Assembly: GCA_009859145.1 (NCBI GenBank)
Contig: VRVR01000043.1
Coordinates: forward strand, 20,721-84,720
Direction of reading: 5' to 3'
Source: Andalucia godoyi And28
Lineage: Eukaryota; Protista; Jakobida
DNA length: 64,000 nucleotides
The notes beneath the pieces were generated by a model, which made no database searches, was not told the DNA's origin, and saw only the letters and a program-made list of their open reading frames with translations. The position numbers and the translations under genes were made by a program. Positions 9,501 through 21,500 of this stretch are shown here, one piece after another (position 1 is the stretch's first letter; each line of letters begins with the position of its first letter).

Positions 9501-12500
9501 GCATCAGAGAGATCGTCCTTGCGAAGAGAAGAAACCAGCGCCGCTGATTTGGCTGCACGAAGCTTGCGTGTCGCCATTGTCTGCGCCAGCTGCGCAAACT
9601 GACGAGCGCGTTCACTGTCAAGATTGTTCTCAAGAGAGGCGCACTCTAAATCAAATTGGGCCATGATACGCTGCTGCTCGTCCAGATTGGTCGAGAGTGC
9701 CGCTTGCGACAACTCTGCATCACGATGGAGCTTCAGAGATCGAAGAGTCTCGTCTTTCTGGTGATCCAATGCCTTCTGAATCTCTGATCTCAAAGCAACT
9801 TCTTCACTATCCAAAGGATCGTGAGACACTGAGACGTGTCCTGCGCGTTTCTGAAGTGTCGCTGCCTTCTTCTGCCGGCGCTTAACGGCTTCTGCAAGCT
9901 GGCGGTCACGTTCACGATGGATCTCGTCGTCAAGCTTCGCAACAGCAGAATCAAATTCTTTGAGAATACGATCGCGCTCCGCAGACGAATAGGCGGACTC
10001 CATGGACTGGTCTCGCTTCTTCCGAAGATCTGCTAGTTTAGAGGTACGAATCTTCTCGATGCCCGATTCAACAGACTCTGCAGCCTGCATTTCATCGATG
10101 GACAATTCAGACAACAGCTCTCGGTCGCCCTCTGACAACGAAGTTGGGTCCGAAGAATTTGCAGAACACTTCAATCGAGACTCATGGGCCATACGGGCGC
10201 CACGCTTCGCCGCAAGCAACTGGTGCATGCGAGCAAGCTGCGCAGCACGTTCCTTGTCGCATTCTTCTGCAAGATCGGCAACGGAACGCTCATAGTCCTC
10301 GAGAATGCTGCGAACTTCCTTTTCGGAATCGGCATTGCGAAGCAAAACATCCCGATTTTGCGATAGCACGCGCAAACGCCGCGCGCGTTCAGAACCGACC
10401 TCTGCCTCTATGTCCAAAAGCGAACGCTGTTCCGCTGCCTTGTCAGCCTCCGCAGATTCCTCGCTGGCATCCATCCAATCCTTGAGCAGATTGCTCTTTC
10501 CGGAATGCTTGGCAACCAATTGAGATCGCCGTTGCGCGAGTTTTTCGGACAGCTTGCTTCGCTGTCGGACTCTTTCGCTGTCAAGAGACGCCTCAAGAGC
10601 ACCAAGCTCCGCATCATACTGCGCAAGAATCGCTTCGCGCGCGGAAGCTGTTTGATCTGGCCCCAAATGCTGAGAGGCCAGTTTGGCAAGCGCATCGTCG
10701 CGCTTCTTCTTCTTCTTGGCGATTTCCTTGTCTCTCAATTTGTGCAAGTAATCCGCCAACTGGCTTTCTCCCTGCTGCTGGGCGGCAGCCATGTTATCGT
10801 CCATGTCTCGAAGCAGTTTTGCAGCTTCGAGAACATCCACGGCTTCCTGCCCACCCACCTGAGATGCCAACGCAAGCGCTCGGCGATTCTGTACCCGCTC
10901 TGTCAGCAGCGCACGCTGGCGCCGCCTTTCGCGATCCAAGGAATCGCCTAAAGCCTCCAGCTCTGCTGTGAACAGGTCCATCAGACGTCGTTTCTCATCT
11001 TCATCGTCAACACGAGACAGCAATGAGCCGTAGTGCGCCTTGATACGTTCAACTTCCACCTTTCGCAAAGACGAAATTGCCTCATCAATGGCATCCGATT
11101 CGCGATCGTGCCACGTGTCCAAATCAGCATCGACTTCCATCACCACAGAGTTCTGGGCATTGGACGCCGTTGCAGAAGAAGAATGAGAATCGAACACTGG
11201 AACATAGGAGGACTCAACGCTTCTGGAATCAGAACTCAGACCCGAGTCCGCCTCAAGCTGCTCCACCAGTCTTTGGATCTCAGCATCCGCGACAAAACCA
11301 GTATTCATGTCAACTGAAGAGACAACTGGCGCTGCACCAGCTCCACCGGTCTGGCTTGCAAACTTGGCGGCTGCTGCTGCCGCGGCCGCTGTCCGGGCGG
11401 CGGCAAGGCTTGCCTCCTGCTCTTCCAGCTCCTTCTTTCGTCGAACGGCAACTTTTGCTCGTTGCTGGGCCATTTTGCGCTCAATCCTCTCTTTCTGACG
11501 AGCTCGTTCCGATGCAGCAGAATCCTCCAGCGACTTGCTTTCCGATTCAAATTCGTCCAACAGCCGTCGCTTTTCAGCCTCTTTTTCCGCCTCGAGCGCA
11601 GAAAGATCCACGCTCTTGGACCGACTCTTTTGCGCAAACTGTTGCTCCAAAGTAGCAAGCTTTTGGTCCAAATCAGACTGGAGTTTTGCAGCACGCTCTG
11701 CCTGCTGTGCATCAATGCGTTCCGCAGACTTCGTCAGCAGGCGCTTCTCCTCGTCATCTAGACGAGATGCGAGGACATCCGCACTATCCGAATTCAGCAA
11801 CCGCTGCACAGCGCCCATAGAACTATGCACAAGATCATCCAGTTCCTTGCGGTCCTCCACAAGATCTGCTTCCACTTTCTCCGCGTGTCTTCGGCGAATG
11901 TGTGAATCCTTCTTCCGCCGCTCAGATTCAATTCTGTCGCGCGCGTTCTGAAGCTGCCGCTCCCGCTCATACTCCAGAGCAGCCTCGAGCTCTTCGAATT
12001 CTCGCGCGTAATCGTCCATGATTCTGCGTCTTTCAATTTCAGAACGGGCACTCTGTAAATCAGAAGCCCGCAAACTCTCAAGCGCATGAACTTGAGCATC
12101 CGACATCCGCTCCAACTGAACTTCGACAAAGGAGATCGCAGCCTGCTCTTCGACCGAAGCTTCTTCGTCAACTCTGCGCACTTCCTCGTCCAATTCCCTG
12201 TCTCTGCGAGCCTTCCGACCAGCAATGCGCTGTTCAAGAGTACGTCGCTGGTCATCCCAACGCTGCTTTTCGATCTCTGAAGATGCTGCAGACATTAGGA
12301 ACTTCGACAGTTCGTCTCGCTCTGTTGTCGCTCCAGCTCGTTCCAGATCAATTTCAGAAGCGTGCTGCTTTTGCAAAGCTGCAAAGCGCTCATCACGCCG
12401 AGCCGAAAATCGCGAACTGAGCTCCACACGGGAATTGCGGGAATCTTCTTCCAGTTGCTCAAGAATCTGCGCATGTTGCGACGCAAGTCGCTCCATTTCC

Positions 12501-15500
12501 GCCTTGCGTTGTGACTCGGGTGCATTTTTCGCATCCAATCGAGACTTCAGCATCTCCATCTCTTCTTCAAGGTGGGAAACGATCGTCTGTCGCTGCGCAT
12601 CGATCTGACGAGAAAGGGCGTTGCCGGCCTCGCGTTCTTCGTAGTCGATTTGAGCTTCGAGATCCGCGCGCTCTGCAATATGTCGCTTTTCGAGACGCCG
12701 TTGACGCTGAACGAGTCTCCGCTCCAAATCCATAACCTGTCGCTCTTTTTCGGGCGGCGCAGACTCGGACAGCCAGTCTGCAAAATCTGTTTCATAATAC
12801 TCTCCCAGAACAGTGTCCATATCCACGTCGTTCTCGTCAACCTCTTCGAATGCCACGTCTTCCTCGTCATACAGGGACATGGACAATGACGTTCCCATTC
12901 CCCACTTTGCATTCGTCTTGGCACTTCGTGGGGATTCCGACATTGCACCATCGCTCAGACGGCGCATGGAACCCTTCCGTCGATGGCCACTCGACGGGCG
13001 CTGACCAGCACCCGATGAGGGTCTGTTCTTACGTCGGGCTGTTAAACTGCCAGAGGCACCAAACTCTTCTCCAGAAAAGAATTCCATCTCATCCGAATCA
13101 GCGTCGCGCTCTTCAACCGTCGCCTCATCATCCGAGTCACCGCCTGAAGCCTCCTTGCTGGATCGTCTCGCCGCTTTCTTCTTCCCAAGAGGAACAGCAA
13201 GACCAGTCGCAGTGGAGCGGCGGCGCTTCTTCGAATCTCGCTGAAGCTCGTGCACAGACAAGGGTGTAATACCCATATCCTCAAGCTGCGTCTTCAAAAA
13301 CAGCGTCATTGAATCCGTAAATGCCTTCGGCAGCTCAAGCTGCACTGCCTTTCCTTCCTGTCCTGGACGAGGAGTTCCAGACACAGAAACAGAAGGATCG
13401 TCTTTGGCGTGCAGCTGATTCGCCAATAAGTTCTTGATCTTTTCGGTTTCATCCAAAATTCCGCGATACATCTGCAGACCCTGCAAGTTTGAATTTGCAA
13501 TCTGGGACATCATATGGATTGTGGAGTCTTCGAGTTTGTCATAGAAGGTCTTCACGTTGAAATCCTCCAAAAGCTGAACCTCTCGAGAATCTCCCCCTTC
13601 TTCATCGGCAACCAATGTTTTGGTGCTACCAATGCTCTGCGGAACCACAAGGTCCTCGCCAAGTCGCTTGTATTCCGAGTCAGCTGCTTTCGATCGGCGA
13701 ACGTAAAAGCATGCCGCAACGGTTACACCAACAATGACAACAATACCTGCAAGCACGACTCCGATTAAGATCCAATCTGGAGGAGTGGACACATCATCAT
13801 TGCGCGTGACTCCGTACAGCACAGCATTCGTTGGCGTCATGGCCATCACATTTGACGACGTCGAAGGACAGCTCTGTGTCGACGACATGACGACAACAAG
13901 AGTCAGCTTGGATGTATCACCAGCGTCCGCAAAGGTATACGTACCAGCAGTCGTGAATGTAAACGAAAACGACGAAACCGTGGACGATCCAGACCTCATC
14001 CGACTCTGGAGCTCAAGGAACGCTCCATAATCAAAGTTAGACACTGTGTTTAACAGAGAATCTGGCAGGTAAACCGGGTAGTTCGTTGAAGAAGAGATCG
14101 ACCAGAGGAGGGAATCGCCGAGCTCTAGGCACATGATTGGCGAGTCCAAACCGGTCTGCGGGACGGAAGAAGCCGCAGTCGTGATGAGACCGTTTCGACC
14201 ACTGAATGCTGTTGTCGACAGATTGCTACTCGCGAATGCAGATTGAAGAGACACTGACGATGTCGACAATGACGTCAGAGGTGCACCTAATGCCGCATCA
14301 AGATAGGTCAGAGACGGTGCCAACACTCCGCGTGTTCCCGTTGAGAGAGACTGCAGAGTTCGGACGGTGCACGTCTTTCCAGAGGAAACGCTATGCGGAC
14401 AACTGATCTTTCCAGGCATGTGAGAAGCAGAGTACGTGACTTGCGTTCCATTCGACATCTTCAACGTGAATTGATTATTGGTCGAATCATACGTCACTGT
14501 GGGCTGCGACGCCCGGCAAACACTGTCGCAAACATCATCAGCCTCTGTGGTGCCATCGCAAGCGCACATGCCGAGAGAGCGATCAAATTTGCCCGACTTT
14601 GTGGGACAGTAAGAACAGTCAGAACCTGAAGACTTGCAGCTGCCATCGACGGCGTCCCGAGAGCTCTCGTACTTATTGCAGTCCTCATAAACTCGGGGGA
14701 CGCAGTCCAATGTAGAATCCTCGTCTCGCTCCTTCAGATTTCCATCGTAAAACACGTGATAAGGCTTGCACAGACAAGAACCGGTGGTCGGCAAGAAGAT
14801 TCGATTCTGACCGACGCAGACGCACGTTGACGATCCCACAATAGAGGAGGCAGACGCACCGCACGGCAAACATGCCGACATGCCGACCTTTGGGGTATAC
14901 GAATTTGCAGCACACGACAGGCAGGCATCCGCTGACGATGAACCGGCAGTCGGATTAAAGGTTCCTGCAGGACAGTACGTTTCGGAAGAAGATCCCGCTG
15001 GGCAGTATGTGCCGGTGCGGCACTGGCGCCCCTTCTGGAGGATTTCATCGGTCGGGGCTGCCGATGTGGTACCACCTAAGCAGATGTATCCAGCAGGGCA
15101 AACAAGGCATTCGGTTCTATCGGACTTTGCACCATACGTTCCCGGAGGGCATATCGTACATGAGGCAGCAGACGTTCCACGGAAACTAACTCCGGCAGTG
15201 CCGAAATACCCCAACGGACACAAAGTTGGCGCCGAGGAGCCCGCAGGGCAGTACGAGCCAAGGGGGCATGCAGTTGGCAAGAAGACGCCTTGCGAGCAGT
15301 AGGATCCCGCCGGGCAAGTGATTGGAAGAGGACCTGTTCCATTGGGGCAGTAGAATCCGGCGCCGCAAAGTATAATCGAGTTCGTTCCGTTCGGGCAGTA
15401 GTAACCTGCTGGACACAACGTAGGATTGTCTGTTCCATTCGGACAGAAATATCCTGCGGGGCACATAACAGAGCTTCCTGAGTTGGCGGGACAATACCCT

Positions 15501-18500
15501 CCAGCAAGACACGTCTGCGGAGAAGAGCTGCCGGATGGGCAGTAATACTTTGCAGGGCAGTTCAACGGAGAGACCATTCCAGCATTTGGGCAGTACTGAC
15601 CCTGGGGGCACACCAAGCAGTCGTTCTTCGGATTTCCACCCAATCCAATCGGCCGGTACGTTCCCGCTGGGCACGGCTCAGGAGTAGTTGTCGCATTGAA
15701 GCAATAGCTTCCCGGCGGGCACGGGTACACTTGATAAACCGAAATACCCGAAACAGGACAGTAGTAGGAGTCGGGACACGGCAAGCAGTACGAGGCATCC
15801 GTGGCACTGTTACGCGCGTTGAAAGTCTTCGGGGGGCACGGAACGGGCGATTTGTTAATCTCACAATAGTAACCGGGGACACACGGCGTTGGAACGGGGT
15901 TACCGGGAACACAAGTGAAACCCGCTGGGCAGGGAACGCAATCCGCCGGAACAGAACCGCCGAGATTGGAATTCACAGTGTCATTTGTGCAAGCCGTCGG
16001 AGTAACTGTGCCGGCCAAGCAGTAGTGTCCCAATGGACACAGGTCTCCACGAGAGTCTCCAAACGACGGAAGCGGCGTATCGGAAGACTTGTAGCAAATG
16101 CGGCCCGCAGCACAGTCTCCTTGAATCATACCTCCGGTACAATACTTTCCAGCGATGCAAGCAGCACACTCGGACGCAGATTGCAGCCCCGAGACATTCG
16201 AATACGTGCTGTTTGGACAAACGACTGGGTCCACAGTCAAAGCCGGACAATAGAATCGCACAGGGCAGACGTACGGAGTGGTAGTATTCGCAAGGCAATA
16301 ACGACCTGCGGGACAAGGCAGACATGACGTCTGACCCGTTGAGTCCTGGAAATACGCCGGAGGGCAGCTTCTTGGCCAATCCGAGCGGAAAGGGCAGAAA
16401 GAGCCAGTCGGACACAGGACCGTCGCGTTATTGGTCGAACCCGGGGGACAATAGTACCCCGCCAAGCAAGATTGATCAGGAGTCGTCAATCCCGCCGTTG
16501 TGCAAACATACCCGTTTCCGCAGGTGGTGCAGTCTGTGGATGCTGCCAACCCGGTAACATTCGAAAACGTTCCTGCTGGACACTTAATCGGCGCGGCCGT
16601 TCCCAATGGACAATAAAATCCGGCTGGACAACTGTCAGTCACATCAGAAGTTCCCGGTTGGCAGAAATAGCCCGGTGGACACAACCCGATCGGGGCACTG
16701 AGACCGGTGCCATTACAGAATGTTCCAGACGGGCATGGCGTGCACTGAGAAACCGAAAACAGATTTGTCGTGTTCCCATATGTGCCAATCGGACACGGAA
16801 CGGAAACTGTTGTATTTCCGGGACAGTAAGATCCCAGGCTGCACGGCAACGTAGACGACATGCCTGCCACATCGCACAATCTTCCCGGAGGACAAGGGAG
16901 GCAGTAGCTCTGCCTGACGTATGGATTATACGATCCTGGTCCGCACACTTGGAAAGACGAGCTTCCAGCAACGCAGTACTTTCCCACAGGGCACTCACTG
17001 CCTGTTGTACCGTCGGTCGGTGTCGGAACAGAGGCACCGGCAAAACACGCGAATCCCGCAGAGCAAATGCCCGAGGATGACACGGAGAGGCCGGATGTGT
17101 TGCAGAAAGAGCCGGCTATGCAGGCCAAGCACGCACCTGATGTGGTTGACGCGGTCAGAGTGTTGTAGGTACCAATCGAACAGGGAGCTGGTGTCACCGA
17201 TCCGGCTAAGCAGTAATGACCCGTCGGACACACGATCTGAGTTGTCGAAGACGACCCTGTTGGACAATAATACCCTGCTTGACAGAACCCAGAGGGGGTC
17301 GTCAGTGCCGTTGAGCCGCAATAGGAGCCGGCAGTGCAGCTCGTACAATCCGTCACATTCACCAGCCCGGTCAAATTGGAAAATGTTCCAACTGGGCACG
17401 GAAATGTGGTTGCTGCACCTGTCCCGGCAGGACAGTAGTAGCCTGCAGGGCACGGCCTGGAGTTTGTGATGCCAGGTCCCGCACATCCGTCTGCGGAATC
17501 GCAGAACTGCGAGGCCGTACATTGAAGACAAACGGACTGGCCAGCGGAGGGTTGATACGTACCAGAAGAGCACGGCACAGGAGCTCCGGAACCAGCAGGG
17601 CAGCGGTGGCCTGACGTGCAAAGCGAAGTGTTGGATAAGATCGATCCTGCGGGGCAATAAAAACCGGATTGGCATTGACCGGAAGGCGCGGAAAGTCCGT
17701 ACACTTCGCAATACATTCCAGCAGTGCAGTTCAGGCACACTGACCTATTCTGACCGTACAGAGTACTCGAAAACGTGCCGGGAGGGCACTGCAGCGGGTT
17801 GACTGTACCGGAGGGACAGTAGTGTCCGACTGGGCATGCATTTTGCTGGCGAGACGAGGAGCCGTTGCCGCAAAAGTATCCTGCATCACAGTTCGCAACA
17901 GGGGACGACAAACCGGTGACGTCGCAATACATTCCCGCGGAACACTGAATCGCAACAGTTGTTCCTGCGGGACAGTAGTATCCTACAGGGCAGCGGATTC
18001 CGGTTACGCCGTCGTTCGGATTGGAAACAGAAGCCTTTCCGTAACAAACATACCCGCCGGCACAAGTCTGGGACACGGACGTCTGGCCAGTGTTTGGGCA
18101 ATAACTTCCAGAAGTGCAATTCGTACACTGACTGGAGGACACCAGGTTGATGGTGTTGGAATATGTTCCTTGCGGGCACGGATACTGCATACTGGAGGAC
18201 GTGTTTTGGGGACAATAGTACCCTGCTGGGCAGTCCTGTGGAGTAGACGTGCCGGCGACGCAATAGTACCCTGCGGGACAAGCCTTGCAAGACGCCTGTT
18301 GCTGCTGATCCTGGTATGACCCAGCAGTGCACAGAAGTGGCCCAGAAGACCCCGCTGGGCAGTAGCTCCCCACTGGGCACCGATACGATGACGGCGTGGA
18401 CTCCGTGTTGTTCGATCCAGACGGGCAGTAATATCCTGCAGAGCAAGAGCCAGTAACGGCAGATGCCCCCGCAGATGCGCAATAGGAGCCCCCAGTGCAC

Positions 18501-21500
18501 AGCAAGCAATGCGTGGACGACAGCCATCTTCCCGTGGTCGGGTTGTACGTGCCCGAAGGGCAGGGAGTGGGTACCGACGACCCGGTGGGACAAACATTTC
18601 CAACAGGGCAAGTTCCGGCAGTTCCTCCAAGAACTCCTACAGTTCCGGTAGCTGCAGACGCGCCAGATGTGCAGTAAACTCCGTTGTTGCACTGGGTGCT
18701 GGGGATTGCACTCAAACCAGTTGAACCGCAGTAAACACCTCCAGGACACAGCGTGCACTGGGACTGTGCAGACAATCCAGTGACGGCAGAGTATGAGCCT
18801 GTTGGGCACCGGAACAAAGTATACGCAATGACGCCAGTCACACCGGAGCCAGAAGGGCAGTAGAAGCCAACGGGACACACCGTTCCGTTTAAGGAGCCGG
18901 AACTGCAATAGAAACCTGCACCGCACGTCTTGCAGGAAGACAACCCTGTGACGTCTGCAAACGTCCCGTCCGGACACGGAGTCGACGAGGAAGAGCCCGA
19001 GGAACAATAGGAACCCAGCGCACAGACATTTCCGTTGACACCATCGGTCGGAGTCGGAGATGCCGCACCCCCGGAACAATAGTATCCAGCAGAACAATTT
19101 GCACTTGGAGTTGACAGACCCGTGCCATTGCAATACTTTCCTGGGGTACAAGATGCACAGTCCGCCAGTTTCTGGCCGCCGGTCGACGACCGGAATGTTC
19201 CGAAGGGGCAGGGAGTGGGGCTGATCGTCGCATTCCCACAATAATAGCCTGCAGGACAGGGATACGACGCCGGCATTGGCGTCGACTGGCCACCTGGACA
19301 ATAGTATCCAGCAGCACAATCCCCAGAACCTATCGGCGCCGTCAATCCAGATGTGGCACAATACTGTCCAGGAGGACACGGGAAGCAATCAGTATAGTTG
19401 CGGCCGTTATCGACATCACGATACGTGCCGACAGGGCAGGGCGTCGGAAACGACGATCCGCTTGGACAATAGGAGCCAATGGTGCAGCGGGTAGGAGTTG
19501 TCATTGACGTATTGGGGCAGTAATATCCTGGGTCGCAAGGGAGACAGGAACCTTGGCGCGATTCAGCGTTGTACGTTCCCTGCGCACACGGACGCGGCGC
19601 AGCGTCTCCTTCAATGGTGTAATAGCCTGCCGGTGTCGAATACTGAATAGGCGTTGTGCTCGAACCGGTACAATAGTAACCCGCAGAACACTTTGCTGTC
19701 GGCTGCGGATTGTTGGAACCCGAGCAATAATAACCCGGAAGGCACGCTGAACAGTCCGACGTATTGCGCGCGCCGGTAAAGTTGTTAAACGACCCTGGTA
19801 AGCAAGACGCGGGGGAGGAAGACCCGACGGGGCAGTACCCCCCGGCAGGACAGCGGCCCCCCATTGGCAACGCCGTAGGCGCACTTGTGTTTGAACCAGA
19901 GGCGCAATAGAATCCCGCATCACAGTATCCCATTGGCGCCGTCAGTCCTGGAAGACTGCAGTACATCCCCGGCAAGCAAGGGGTGCATTCCGCAGCACTG
20001 CGAAGACCTGTGGAATTCCCAAAAGAGCCTGCAGGGCACGGGTCCGGGGTTTGGACACCGCTTTCACAATAGTATCCGCGAGTACACACCGTAGGGTTGA
20101 CAGTGGCTACACCGCAGTAATACCCACGAGGACACATCGCACAATCCGATTGTGTCTCGCCCTTCGTAAGATCACGATAGTACCGCGCGGGGCATGCCGA
20201 CGTCGTGGGCGTTGACGACCCTGCAGAACAGTAATATCCTGCAGAACAATCGCCAGTGATCGCAGAGGACCCGGCGACACAATATCGACCAGGAGGGCAG
20301 GTTACACATTCCGAAGCAGCTTTCAGCCCTGGAGACGAACTGTACGTGCCGGCGGGGCAATCCACAGGATTCGATGTCGCATAGGTGCAGTACTTCGTCA
20401 CGGGGCACGGCTCCGTGTACCGTTCGGGAATCTTGGATACGTTACCGGGACACCAAAGGCCAGCTTCGCAAAGGTACAAGGAATACATGTTTGTCGACGT
20501 TGTCGCGTCGTCCGGGCAGTAGGATCCCACGGTACAATTCGAGCAGTATGTAGCTCCACTGCTGGAGAACTTTCCTTTTCCGCAAGCGATTGGTGTCACG
20601 GTCGCAGTTGTCGGGCAGTAATATCCGGCTGGGCAAGTCAAACATGCTGCGATTGAGGTAGAGCTATTGCTTGGGTTGTACTTTCCAGCGAGACACGCGG
20701 TTGGCGCATTCGCCGCAGCTCCCGAATAATACCCGGGGGGCGTCATCGTGCACTGATCCGATCTCCACAAGCCTGTCGAAGATGAATACGTTCCGGCTGG
20801 GCATGAAGACTGCGTGGCAGATGTAGATCCTTGAGGGCAGTAGTAGCGGGCAGAGCAGACAACATTGGGCGCCAACAGTGCAGGTGTCGTGCATGCATAG
20901 CCTTGGGTACACGAAATGCACTGCGACACGGACTTCAGATTCGTAGAGTTGGAGAACGTCCCGGCCGGGCAAGGATACTCTGCACCTGTTCCCGATCGCT
21001 GAATTGTGCCAGACGATCCGTCCCAAAACCGAGTACCATTGTATGGCTGCGGAGCACCAGGGCAATAGTAACCCTTAGGACAATCTCGAGCGTCTCCCGA
21101 CGTCGATGCCGCGGGGCAGTAGAATCCTTCAAAACAGACTTCGCAGTCCTGCGCCTTCTGCAGATTTTGGCTGTCAGACCACGTCCCGGCAGGACAGGCA
21201 TTGGTATTTGCCAAGACGGTACCAACTGGACAATAGTACCCCGGCTTGCAATTGTACTCGCGGCCAGAAACGAGACCGGTAACGGGACACGAATATCCTG
21301 CAGGGCATGAAATGCAACTGCCGCTGGAAGTTGCATTTCCGGTGTTGAGATAGGTACCGGTGGTGCAAGGAGTCGGAGTCTGAGCGGCCAACAAACAGTA
21401 GTGCCCTGCTGGACAGTCCTTGCAGGCCTGCAAGTTGGTCAGTCCCGTGACGCCGCTGCCACCGTATTTGCCCGCCGGGCACGCCGTAGCAGTACCAGAC

